A stretch of 51,732 nucleotides of DNA from Prevotella sp. (GCA_022735715.1 JAIJMN010000001.1:1-51732), one strand, 5' to 3'; shown: positions 18,287 to 26,688, counted from the stretch's first letter. The notes: generated by a model from the sequence alone, not told the origin. A program made the numbers and translations.

Positions 18287-18580
18287 TCAATCCTTTTCAA
18301 CCTCCAAATCCCAGTTCTTTCCATCGTGGGAAGAATAGACGTTATAGGGATATTCGCAACAACTGATAGCCACACGCATTTCATTCAAAATGTCTCTTGT
18401 ATAGAAACATCTCCTCATAAGATAAGCCAAAGCCTTAAACTGGTCTTGAGTAAGAAAAACCTCCTGGTCGCCGCAAGTGATACCTACGTTGTCAGTAATG
18501 GTAGAATAGAACAGCTTTACGTCTTCATCCTTTCCTGTGTCCTCGTTCTTTACGATTATCTTTTTTGTATTGTAACTCAT
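18287..18580 (-). CDS. Hypothetical protein
   Basis: 97-aa ORF in operon, not TRD-like. Confidence 0.65.
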   Translation of the reverse strand: MSYNTKKIIVKNEDTGKDEDVKLFYSTITDNVGITCGDQEVFLTQDQFKALAYLMRRCFYTRDILNEMRVAISCCEYPYNVYSSHDGKNWDLEVEKD

Positions 18581-18599
18581 AATTCATTTCTCCTTTTAT

Positions 18600-18917
18600 T
18601 TATAATTCAACAAACACGCAGATTCCGCCACTTGCAGCGGTCAGTGCGTTTACGAGCTTACCCCCCCCGACTGTGCGACTGCGCCTCAGAGCCGAGGACG
18701 GATAACTTAGGTCGGCGGCTCCTGGACAGGGACAGTCGGTGTAGCCCAGCTCGGTGGCTTGGCGTATGCGAAGGAACGTCTCGCCGTCTACGTCCACCAA
18801 CTGAAGGAACGGTCGGTCGGTGGTGGAGTAGATGCGATAGAGTGAGCCGTCAGGATAGCGTCCATACAGTTTGCCGTCCTTGCGGATAATGCCGCGCTTG
18901 TAGTAAGGGTCAGTCAT
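18600..18917 (-). CDS. TRD-like protein T3 (105 aa, G8 tract in frame)
   Basis: IRQATELGY...ADLSYPSSALRRSRTVGGGKLVNALT pattern of phage C5-MTase variable regions. Confidence 0.8.
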   Translation of the reverse strand: MTDPYYKRGIIRKDGKLYGRYPDGSLYRIYSTTDRPFLQLVDVDGETFLRIRQATELGYTDCPCPGAADLSYPSSALRRSRTVGGGKLVNALTAASGGICVFVEL

Positions 18918-19044
18918 ATTCAATCATTAATCTCCATCCGTGACGAGGTGCAGGATTACCCCATTGTTGAGTTACGGTTCCGATGCAGGTTCCGCTCCAA
19001 TGGATGCGCTGATGAAAATCGTCGAATGGATGCTGCTTAATCAT
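18910..19044 (-). CDS. TRD-like peptide T2 (44 aa)
   Basis: MIKQHPFDDFHQRIHWSGTCIGTVTQQWGNPAPRHGWRLMIEYD. Confidence 0.7.
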   Translation of the reverse strand: MIKQHPFDDFHQRIHWSGTCIGTVTQQWGNPAPRHGWRLMIEYD

Positions 19045-19169
19045 ATTCAATCATTATACAGTGTGGCATTTGTAGTCCGTGGCTCGAAGGGTGGGCGAGA
19101 AGTTTTCCCCCATCCTCGCCATTCGAGCCGATGGCTAACGGGATTCACGGAAATGTAGATGTGGGTCAT
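19037..19169 (-). pseudogene. TRD-like peptide T1 with two single-base deletions
   Basis: Reconstructed MTHIYISVNPVSHRLEWRGWG/ENFSPTLRATDYKC/PHCIMIEYD across three frames; breaks at G5 (19107-19111) and CC (19065-19066). Confidence 0.7.
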
Positions 19170-19462
19170 TGTATCGTTTTGGTAGACTCTGACATTTCTC
19201 GCTCAAACTTCTCCCTTTCCTTCTGCATCTTTTTCAAGCGAATAGCAACCTCGTTGTCGGTGCCATACTGCTTAAAGCGAGGAAGCAACTTGTACAACTT
19301 TACGCAAGCGATAAGAAGGTATACGAGAACGTTTATCACAACAACCCAGAGTATGGGCAGCAATACTAACCACCACGACCAACTGATTACTCCGCAGAGT
19401 TTCATCACAAGGAAGGCAACCTGAAGCGATGCCATCATAAAATCAATAATATCAAATTTCAT
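19166..19462 (-). CDS. Small membrane protein
   Basis: KLCGVISWSWWLVLLPILW two-TM pattern common in phages. Confidence 0.75.
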   Translation of the reverse strand: MKFDIIDFMMASLQVAFLVMKLCGVISWSWWLVLLPILWVVVINVLVYLLIACVKLYKLLPRFKQYGTDNEVAIRLKKMQKEREKFEREMSESTKTIQ

Positions 19463-19469
19463 ATCTCGT

Positions 19470-19931
19470 TTATAATTTTAGTTCTGCATCCAAGCCCAGC
19501 ACCCCCCAAAGGGTATTTTGGAGCTCGTGGACGTATTGAATGCGGCGTATCAGAACATGGTCAGGCAATCTACAATACCTTATGTATACGGCCCAATTGC
19601 CACTTTTTAACTCTACTGCCAAATCTCTCGCAAGAGGATATTCCTCGTTATCAAGAGGCTTTGTATAATATTCGCCAACGACTTCTTCTTTAAAATCGTT
19701 CTTGTTAAGTATTTCAAGCGTGATAGGTATGCCTTCGACATAGTTGCACCAAACGCCCCAAGGTCCGTCGTCTTCATCGTTGATAGCATATAGAGTGACG
19801 ACTCCTTTTTTATCGTCAAAGACTTTTAGGGGATTTATATCGGTAACAACGCACATTGTGCCTTTCGGGAACATGCAATCGTGGTTTACCCTTACAAGGT
19901 TGCCCGTTCTAAGATCTTTTGCTTTTATCAT
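19470..19931 (-). CDS. Hypothetical phage protein
   Basis: 153 aa; IPITLEIL..N.F and IQYVHELQN pattern common in Bacteroidota phages. Confidence 0.75.
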   Translation of the reverse strand: MIKAKDLRTGNLVRVNHDCMFPKGTMCVVTDINPLKVFDDKKGVVTLYAINDEDDGPWGVWCNYVEGIPITLEILNKNDFKEEVVGEYYTKPLDNEEYPLARDLAVELKSGNWAVYIRYCRLPDHVLIRRIQYVHELQNTLWGVLGLDAELKL

Positions 19932-19950
19932 CGGTTAACTCCTTTTCTTC

Positions 19951-20415
19951 TTACAAATACTCGCCGTATAGCTTCCATTCGGAGTTATAGATATTGCCGA
20001 CAACCTCGAAGTCCTTTAGCTCGTTTTGCGTAATAAAATCGGAAATACCGTCCGAAATACCTTTTACACTTGCTTCGGGATTTTTTACCGTCAGTAGACA
20101 AAATGCCGATACTTGCTCGTTATAGAACACTACACCGAAGTAGTTGTCGCGCTTTCCGTCTTCGAGACAACTGTACGGATATTCATCAGAGCGCAACACG
20201 TCACCCTCATAAATCTCCTTGCCGTTCTTGTCAAGGGCACCGATGAACTGGCAGACGGTGGTGGGGTCGATTGGATGTGCCCCAGTGAAACCAATTTTGC
20301 CTTCTTCTTCAACAAATCCCAATATGTTTAATTTACCATCAAGAGAATGGATCAAATCACCTGAGACCCATTGTTCCTTACATTCTCTCTTTGCCTTAAA
20401 CTTAATTGTTCTCAT
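19951..20415 (-). CDS. YopX-family protein
   Basis: MRTIKFKAK...TVCQFIGALDKNGKEIYEGDVL...EVVGNIY. Confidence 0.85.
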   Translation of the reverse strand: MRTIKFKAKRECKEQWVSGDLIHSLDGKLNILGFVEEEGKIGFTGAHPIDPTTVCQFIGALDKNGKEIYEGDVLRSDEYPYSCLEDGKRDNYFGVVFYNEQVSAFCLLTVKNPEASVKGISDGISDFITQNELKDFEVVGNIYNSEWKLYGEYL

Positions 20416-20436
20416 TGTTCTCTATATTTTAGTTAA

Positions 20437-20700
20437 TTATCTCTTTCTTCGCTTCGTCTTACGTCGTTCTTGCAGGTTATGCCGCACAAGTGGCGTAATG
20501 GTGAACGATGGCGACCCGTCGGGCAAGATATAACGGGTTATCCACTTTATCTTGCCTTCAATGAACTTGTCAATAAACTCCAATACTTCCTGCAAAATCT
20601 GCTGCTGCGATTTTTTCTTGTCGGTCTGCTGCTCATACAACTGGCGGATGTATTCCGTATTGACGGTTACGATGTATTGTCTTTCTTTATGTATCTTCAT
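20437..20700 (-). CDS. Hypothetical protein
   Basis: 87-aa ORF in operon. Confidence 0.6.
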   Translation of the reverse strand: MKIHKERQYIVTVNTEYIRQLYEQQTDKKKSQQQILQEVLEFIDKFIEGKIKWITRYILPDGSPSFTITPLVRHNLQERRKTKRRKR

Positions 20701-20747
20701 TGTCCTCTATATTTTCGTGAATACTTACGTCGTTTCACTTAAATCCC

Positions 20748-21077
20748 TTACAAATCAGATAGACGATTGTCCATTTCCTCCACATCCTTCAACGACTGTT
20801 CTATCATCGCCCTGTATACAGTCGGGTCGAGTGCCGGAAGCTTATAGCTGATTGCGTTTGCGGTCAGATGTGGAGCAAAGGGATTATTGAATACTGAGAA
20901 GCTCGCTACTTCCGCACGCTTTTTAATATCGGCAAAAGCATCGTCGATGGTGTCGAAGCGGCAGGTGCAGACGTGCTCGGCGGAAAGGTTTACGAAACAC
21001 CATTTCTTTGTGGTGCGGTCTTGACAGAGCATTACGATGCAGTCGGGACGGTTGTGGCGTTTTATCTTTAGATACAT
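20748..21077 (-). CDS. Hypothetical protein
   Basis: 109-aa ORF in operon. Confidence 0.65.
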   Translation of the reverse strand: MYLKIKRHNRPDCIVMLCQDRTTKKWCFVNLSAEHVCTCRFDTIDDAFADIKKRAEVASFSVFNNPFAPHLTANAISYKLPALDPTVYRAMIEQSLKDVEEMDNRLSDL

Positions 21078-21080
21078 AAG

Positions 21081-21689
21081 CTAATCTATTAATTCAAAAT
21101 CATAAACAAATACATAAGGGTTGGATTCCCATGTACCTTTGCCAGATATGCGGTCTATCAGATTGGCATAAACTTCACGTGGCGTTGTTGACAACTCAAA
21201 CTTTAATGCTGCGCCCTTGATGTAAGAGAATCCCCACATATAGTTATGCACATCTGGATATTTCTGTATGCCTTCAGCTATACAATCCTCGTCGCTAATA
21301 TCCTGCAAACGTTCAATACGAATTTTGGTTATACGGATATGATGGGGCATATCTTCGGTACGAACAAACATTTTGTTATTCCAACCTATTTCCTCTTTGC
21401 GGATCATACAGTTTGCCCAATCTGCTTGAGGCGTAATGTCGGCATACGATTGCGCAATAGCTACGGTCTCGTTCTTTTGATAGCGCATCACTCTGCGATT
21501 GTAGATGAATCGTTCTCTTAAATCAGGATTTAATAAAAATCGAAAGTAAAAAGAGCGCCCCAACGTATCGTACTTCTTGATGACTTTAAGCATCTCCTTG
21601 TTGGTGATAATTCGCCTTGTCTGCGTCTTTCGCTTTGCAAGCACGGCATCAGTCAGTCCGTACTTGTCATTAAACATAATCTTTAACAT
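21081..21689 (-). CDS. ASCH/PUA-like phage protein
   Basis: KTQTRR, IRITKIRIERLQDISDEDCIAEG, WESNPYVFVYDF. Confidence 0.7.
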   Translation of the reverse strand: MLKIMFNDKYGLTDAVLAKRKTQTRRIITNKEMLKVIKKYDTLGRSFYFRFLLNPDLRERFIYNRRVMRYQKNETVAIAQSYADITPQADWANCMIRKEEIGWNNKMFVRTEDMPHHIRITKIRIERLQDISDEDCIAEGIQKYPDVHNYMWGFSYIKGAALKFELSTTPREVYANLIDRISGKGTWESNPYVFVYDFELID

Positions 21690-21737
21690 ACTCTATAATT
21701 TCGTTAATAAGCCATTGGATTTTTCGCTTTTTCCTTT

Positions 21738-22814
21738 TCACTTCGCCTTGCGAATCTTCTCCATTTCCTCATTCTCCTTGCTCAGCCGCTCCAAGTGCTC
21801 CAGCACGAGCGAATACGACTGGTTGTTCACCTGGTCTTCATTCAGTCCAGCGTATTTCTGCATGGTGGCGATGGTGGCGGTGTATATCTCAAGAGGGGTA
21901 GAGGGTCGCTGTGTGCGGTCGAGCTTCTGCACCTTGAACACATGAGGATAACGCCGTGAGAGGATGTTCATCATGCCGGTCCACCAGAAGAGGATGGGTT
22001 GCCATTGGTGGTCGGGGAAGTGACGGAAGAGTGGGGCTTGGGTGTCGAACTGGCGGGTGTCGTAATGGAAATCGTGCACCTTCATGTTGGTGTTGGTGTC
22101 GATGAAGTCGATACGACGGTTGAAGTTGGTGGCGAGGAACATAGAACGTGCCTGGTCTACGCTGTCGGCTTGCAGTGCTATCTGCTCGGCCGTGAACTTA
22201 CCCATCTGCTTCATCTTGACAAGATTGTTGGCGAGCGAGGTGTATTGTCCCATGAGATCGGAGGCAAAGCGATACTGCTGCCAGGAAAATCCGTCCATAT
22301 CCTGCGCCGGACCTTCATAGTCGGTCTTGTGACGTAGCAGACCACGCTTGTTGCGTAGGCGAAGGGTGGGGTAAGGAAAGCGAGTGAGGTGAGCTCCACG
22401 CTCATTGTCGAGCCAGTCGAGCAGTCCGGCACCAGAAGCAAGATACTCAGCCGAGTTGCGGTCGTCGGTCTTCGGCTTGGGCGTTAGCCAATAATTGAGC
22501 TGCCATAAGTAGATGGGGAAGTTTTCTTCCTTCTGCTGTTTGCGACGGAAGAAACGGTTGCGACGGCTCGTGGTGGAGAGTCGGCAAGTGTAGTGTTGCT
22601 CTTCAAGAGGCTTCGACTCGTCTATGCCTTCCACTATCTCCATGCCCGACAGGACAAAGAAGCACGCTATCTTGACATTGCGCATGTCGAAAGGATGATA
22701 ACGGTCGGCTCGCTGTATCTGCTCAAGCATTATGCGGGAGATGAGCTCCAACTGCTCGGTGCTGCACTCGTTCCATGAACGAGGCAGCGTAAGGTTGATG
22801 TTTCGTTGTGTCAT
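21738..22814 (-). CDS. Conserved Bacteroidota phage protein, possibly tail assembly chaperone
   Basis: LPRSWNE N-terminus and WWTG...RRYPHVF; preceded by the phage promoter. Function inferred only. Confidence 0.45.
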   Translation of the reverse strand: MTQRNINLTLPRSWNECSTEQLELISRIMLEQIQRADRYHPFDMRNVKIACFFVLSGMEIVEGIDESKPLEEQHYTCRLSTTSRRNRFFRRKQQKEENFPIYLWQLNYWLTPKPKTDDRNSAEYLASGAGLLDWLDNERGAHLTRFPYPTLRLRNKRGLLRHKTDYEGPAQDMDGFSWQQYRFASDLMGQYTSLANNLVKMKQMGKFTAEQIALQADSVDQARSMFLATNFNRRIDFIDTNTNMKVHDFHYDTRQFDTQAPLFRHFPDHQWQPILFWWTGMMNILSRRYPHVFKVQKLDRTQRPSTPLEIYTATIATMQKYAGLNEDQVNNQSYSLVLEHLERLSKENEEMEKIRKAK

Positions 22815-22835
22815 ATTTTCGGGTTTCTTTCATGA

Positions 22836-22872
22836 GCAAAGGTAGGAGTTTTTAATTTGGTGGGGCGGACAT
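22836..22872 (-). promoter_or_regulatory. Phage promoter motif ATGTCCGC-N20-TACCTTTG
   Basis: Motif copy with the same spacing. Confidence 0.8.
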
Positions 22873-22972
22873 GATAGGGAGCATATAAAGCGAAGATACA
22901 AATGAAGCCACTCTGCGATTTGTGTAATTGGCGCAAAGTGGCTTTGAAGAAAACAAATGTAAAATTCAAAAA

Positions 22973-23476
22973 TTAGAGGGTGGCGTGTAGGGCATTATAG
23001 TCCCACACCTTAGTGCAGTCGTCTTCGCAGGGCTGCCAATCGTCATCACAAAAGTAGAAGGCGTAGGCGGCTTTTATTATCTCCTCTTCGTTCATGCAAG
23101 CGCAGAGGTCGGCATACATAGAGTTGAAGGCGACGTATTTGTCCCAGGCATTGACATTGGCGTGAAACTTCATGCCCTTAGTCAGCTCGTCTACCTTGAT
23201 ACGAGTCCAATGTGCACCTCCGTCGGTTGGCGTACCCTCTTCATCGTACATGCCGCTATAGACAAGAGCGTTCACATCGTGGTTGGCCATCTTCTCAGAA
23301 TAGTGTCGTCCGTAGAGAACGGCGTGCTGACGGCGCAATATGTGCCAGTAGAGCTTAGGGTCGGTCTGCTCAAGCGCAAGGAGGTCGGTAGAGAGAGTTT
23401 CTACTGCTGCCCACATCTTCTTCTCGGTGGCCATGCCGTTGGCACGTGCCTGTTCAATCATCTGTTTATAATTCAT
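22973..23476 (-). CDS. Helical hypothetical protein (last gene of Cys-rich module)
   Basis: 167 aa; GAHWT...WDKYVAFNSMYAD...FCDDD...KVWDY. Confidence 0.75.
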   Translation of the reverse strand: MNYKQMIEQARANGMATEKKMWAAVETLSTDLLALEQTDPKLYWHILRRQHAVLYGRHYSEKMANHDVNALVYSGMYDEEGTPTDGGAHWTRIKVDELTKGMKFHANVNAWDKYVAFNSMYADLCACMNEEEIIKAAYAFYFCDDDWQPCEDDCTKVWDYNALHATL

Positions 23477-23496
23477 TTTGTTTGAGTTTTATATGT

Positions 23497-23649
23497 TTAA
23501 CATGTGGGGCAAATACCCCGAAAATGTGGGACAATCAGGCTTTTTTGCACAGAGACATGCAATATAGGATAGAATGTCTGCGCTTGGGGCTTGCTTTCTA
23601 CCTTTGCCTCAGTGGTCGAGGCGATCGGTTGTGTGTCTTTCTTTTTCAT
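23497..23649 (-). CDS. Small protein ending in CPTC (50 aa)
   Basis: MKKKDTQP...FRGICPTC; overlaps the upstream gene. Confidence 0.5.
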   Translation of the reverse strand: MKKKDTQPIASTTEAKVESKPQAQTFYPILHVSVQKSLIVPHFRGICPTC

Positions 23650-23908
23650 ATAGCTTTGTGAATTTACGTTGAAGGATAAGCAACAGCAACACGAACCAGT
23701 TTGACAGATAAGCCACCACAATAGCCGCCAGTGCCGATGCGTAGACATCGTGGCCGAGATAGAGCAATGCCGACATTGTGGCCCAGAAAGTGAAACACTG
23801 AGGGCACGATGCTACCTTATCAACAACGCGCGCAATAGCTTCGGCCAGTCCGAGGTGTTGGGCAAGCGTGGCAGCTATCATGGTGACTATAGCTATCAAA
23901 ACTATCAT
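23609..23908 (-). CDS. Membrane protein with CxxC (DUF1360-like)
   Basis: Hydrophobic, SCPQCFTFW motif. Confidence 0.6.
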   Translation of the reverse strand: MIVLIAIVTMIAATLAQHLGLAEAIARVVDKVASCPQCFTFWATMSALLYLGHDVYASALAAIVVAYLSNWFVLLLLILQRKFTKLYEKERHTTDRLDH

Positions 23909-23912
23909 GGTT

Positions 23913-24341
23913 TTATGTAGTTGCAAGAGTGAGAGTTACGGGGCAGTCGGAAACGAAAGTCTTGGAACAGTTGCAGCACGACATGCGTGCTATGCCGTTC
24001 TGTACGGTTCCCACTGCTATGTTTACCGAATTGATAGCGGTGGCGCTGAAAACAGGAATGGTGAAGTCTTGCGACACCACTTGTGAGCGTGTGCAGCACG
24101 AGCCGCAGTTGCAAGGGATGTAGTTAATCACGCCTTCAACGTGAATGACGATGATATACTGTGATGTGCCTACGTTGGCAATGCTCTTTACGGAGAACTG
24201 CGGAGCGAACACGGGTGTCTCGTCTACGCAAGCCGGTGTGCAGAGCTGCTGTGTGATGTTGACATCATAATAGGGTGCGGCGGCGGTTGCACCTGCCGCA
24301 AGTGTGGCTATAATGATAGCCGGAATGGTACGTTTGTTCAT
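23913..24341 (-). CDS. Cys-rich beta protein
   Basis: 142 aa with CTPAC, PCNCGSCC, SCCNC clusters. Confidence 0.7.
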   Translation of the reverse strand: MNKRTIPAIIIATLAAGATAAAPYYDVNITQQLCTPACVDETPVFAPQFSVKSIANVGTSQYIIVIHVEGVINYIPCNCGSCCTRSQVVSQDFTIPVFSATAINSVNIAVGTVQNGIARMSCCNCSKTFVSDCPVTLTLATT

Positions 24342-24399
24342 AATCGTTTCTGTTTTATTATAGCGACGATGCTTGCCGCCGCTGGTGTTGTTACTCTGT

Positions 24400-24822
24400 T
24401 TAATGTTTTACCTGATAGCCTTGCGTCTGCCCTACGGGTAGGTTCTTATCAAGAAGATCGGCAAGCTCGTTGAAATCTTCTTCTTCAAACGTCACCATGC
24501 CTTCGAGCACAGACAGCGGTCCGTTATCGCGCATCTTCTCCACGATGTCGTGTGCCATCTGCGGTATGCTCTCTTCGGGGATCTGCCCAAAATATCGGGC
24601 AAGCATAGGGGCGACGAGCGAGTTGATGATTGGTTGGATGAGTGGTTCGATGTCCTTCTGTAGGGCATAGTTGCCACTGACAATGCCTAACGAACTGATG
24701 GTGGCTTGCAGAGACTGAAGCATGGGTAAGCGCATGAGGTTGCCTGCGGCTATCTGCGAAATGGCGGGTCGTGCCCATTCGGACACGACTGCCGCCAAGA
24801 TTTGCGAATTTTTGTATTCCAT
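24400..24822 (-). CDS. Hypothetical helical protein
   Basis: 140-aa ORF in operon. Confidence 0.75.
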   Translation of the reverse strand: MEYKNSQILAAVVSEWARPAISQIAAGNLMRLPMLQSLQATISSLGIVSGNYALQKDIEPLIQPIINSLVAPMLARYFGQIPEESIPQMAHDIVEKMRDNGPLSVLEGMVTFEEEDFNELADLLDKNLPVGQTQGYQVKH

Positions 24823-24846
24823 ATATAACAGAATTACGTCATTCTC

Positions 24847-25356
24847 TTACTGATTGCATCCGCAACCGCAACCAGTCTGGCATACGTTGGTTGAAGGGAT
24901 GAACAACTTGGTTACGCTTGACAACGATGCCACCTGCGACTTGAGCACGTCGATGCTGGCGTTAGCTGCCGCATTGTAAGCCATCTGCTGTGCGTTGACG
25001 GCTTGCTGCGCATCCTTGTTTGCGTCTACCTTGTCTTCCACACGGCGCAACTTCGTGTCAAGATACTGTGTCACTTCCACGAGCTTCTTGTCGGTGTAGT
25101 TCTCGCTCTTCTGAATAGCGAGTTCGGTCTTCAGAGTGCTGTTCTCCTGAATAAGGTTAGTCTCACTCTTAGTGACAAAACGCGCATCAGGGTCGGACGG
25201 GTTGGCGGTCATACCGTTGTTTCTTCCGAGGCCCAGAAGCGAGGCACTGCCTCCCAATAGGCTCGTTGCCAAGCCTGCGATGCCGAGACCCAAGGCTGTG
25301 TTGCCAAGTCCCTTGCTGGCAACGTCAAAGTTGCCGTCATTAGTTTTAATCTGCAT
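24847..25356 (-). CDS. Gly-rich hydrophobic N-terminus, coiled coil, Cys-rich tail
   Basis: ASKGLGNTALGLGIAG...CQTGCGCGCNQ; start set at MQIKT after an A-rich leader (alternative ATG 25386). Confidence 0.75.
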   Translation of the reverse strand: MQIKTNDGNFDVASKGLGNTALGLGIAGLATSLLGGSASLLGLGRNNGMTANPSDPDARFVTKSETNLIQENSTLKTELAIQKSENYTDKKLVEVTQYLDTKLRRVEDKVDANKDAQQAVNAQQMAYNAAANASIDVLKSQVASLSSVTKLFIPSTNVCQTGCGCGCNQ

Positions 25357-25399
25357 AGTTGTTTGTGTTTGGTTGGTTTCGTTCATTATTGAACTTGTT

Positions 25400-25408
25400 G
25401 CAAAGGTA
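25400..25408 (-). promoter_or_regulatory. Bacteroidota -7 box (TACCTTTG) without the TGTCC element
   Basis: Matches TAnnTTTG just upstream of the module. Confidence 0.6.
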
Positions 25409-25491
25409 GGGGAGAAAGTGGTGGGAGCGAAGTGTTTTTTATTAAGTGTTCTTGAGGTGATATAACGTATAATTTCGACTAATACTTAAAT

Positions 25492-25521
25492 AAAAAAGCC
25501 TCACGCTGCTAACGTGAGGCT
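25492..25521 (-). terminator. Rho-independent terminator after LysR
   Basis: AGCCTCACG-loop-CGTGAGGCT followed by a T run on the minus strand. Confidence 0.8.
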
Positions 25522-25550
25522 CGGTTCGGTATAAGAAAATCTAATGACTA

Positions 25551-26477
25551 TCAAGGTGGTGGCGTAAACTTCTTTTGCGAATCTTCGACTACGGAAATGT
25601 ATGGCACTACCTCGTCGCGGATGATGTCGAGGAAGAGTTGTGCAGCTCGCTTCTTTGGTACGTCCTGCATACAGTGGGCGTTGCTCATCAACTGCTGTTC
25701 GAGTCCTACGATTGGACGTGCCACAAGGGTAGGGTGGTTGCGCAGATAGAGCTTAGGCATAAAGGTGACGTACTTGGTTTCTTCCGCCGAAGCAAGAGCT
25801 TCGTCAGGGTCGCTGATGATGCACTTGATGTTGAGCCTATATAGGTCGCGCTGTATGTATTGATGAAAGGTCTCAATGGCACGTTCGCCTATGTCGGGCA
25901 TGATGATGGGGTGCTTCAGAAGGTCCTCATACGACACCTTTGAGAGCGAAGCAAGCGGATGGGTGTCGCGCATAATAGCATACACATTAAAAGGTATGCA
26001 GGGTCTCGACTCTATTCCTTCGTGGCGGTATGCCATATTCATGGTGAAAGCAAGGTCTAACATGTGCGCTCTTAGCGATTGGTTGAGGATGTAGGCTTTA
26101 GTAAAATCAGCATTGATACGCACGTTAGGGTATCTCTCCATAAAAATCAATGCTGCCATGCGGACGTACGGAGCAATAAACGAACCTACGCCTATACGCA
26201 GTTCGCCCGTCATGCAGTTGTTGAGGGCGTTAATTTGCTCTTTGCAGTCCTCGGTCTGCTTCAGTATTTCTTTGGCACGAGGCAACAGGGCTTCGCCGCT
26301 TTCGGTGAGCATAATACCGTGTGATGTACGGATTAGCAGTTTGCAACCCAACTCGTCCTCCAGGGCGCGAATGTGCTGGCTTACCGCCGACTGGGTGACG
26401 CAACAACGTGTGGCAGCCGTACTAAACGACTTTGTTTCGGCGACATAAACAAAGGAGCGTAAATGTCTTAGTTCCAT
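25551..26477 (-). CDS. LysR-family transcriptional regulator
   Basis: MELRHLRSF...SFSTAA...VTQSAVSQHIRALEDELGCKLLIR wHTH plus substrate-binding domain. Confidence 0.95.
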   Translation of the reverse strand: MELRHLRSFVYVAETKSFSTAATRCCVTQSAVSQHIRALEDELGCKLLIRTSHGIMLTESGEALLPRAKEILKQTEDCKEQINALNNCMTGELRIGVGSFIAPYVRMAALIFMERYPNVRINADFTKAYILNQSLRAHMLDLAFTMNMAYRHEGIESRPCIPFNVYAIMRDTHPLASLSKVSYEDLLKHPIIMPDIGERAIETFHQYIQRDLYRLNIKCIISDPDEALASAEETKYVTFMPKLYLRNHPTLVARPIVGLEQQLMSNAHCMQDVPKKRAAQLFLDIIRDEVVPYISVVEDSQKKFTPPP

Positions 26478-26635
26478 AAATCCTATAAGTTTTAGTTATT
26501 CTACATTTACAACAATGCTATTAAAAAAGCTTTTCTAATTGCAAAATTAACGATATTTATCTTATTTGGTTTACATTTGGTATTAAAATAGCTAATTTTA
26601 GTATAACTTTGTCAGAAAACTAATATGTATATAAT

Positions 26636-26688
26636 AAAAAATCCCTGCATCTATACCTTTTGTATATAAAGGATAGATGCAGGGATTT
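26636..26688 (-). terminator. Terminator of the capsid/tail-tube operon
   Basis: aaatccctgcatctat ... atagatgcagggattt inverted repeat with a T tail on the minus strand. Confidence 0.85.

Noticed and set aside
14029..19169. TRD mini-ORFs as fragments of one long MTase gene broken by sequencing errors
   Set aside because: Each has its own ATG and stop with regular overlaps and a conserved terminus, they lie on both sides of the core with unrelated genes interspersed, and long genes elsewhere in the window are intact.
25400..25436. Eighth copy of the TGTCC promoter
   Set aside because: The -7 box is present but there is no TGTCC at the 20-nt spacing; treated as a different promoter class.
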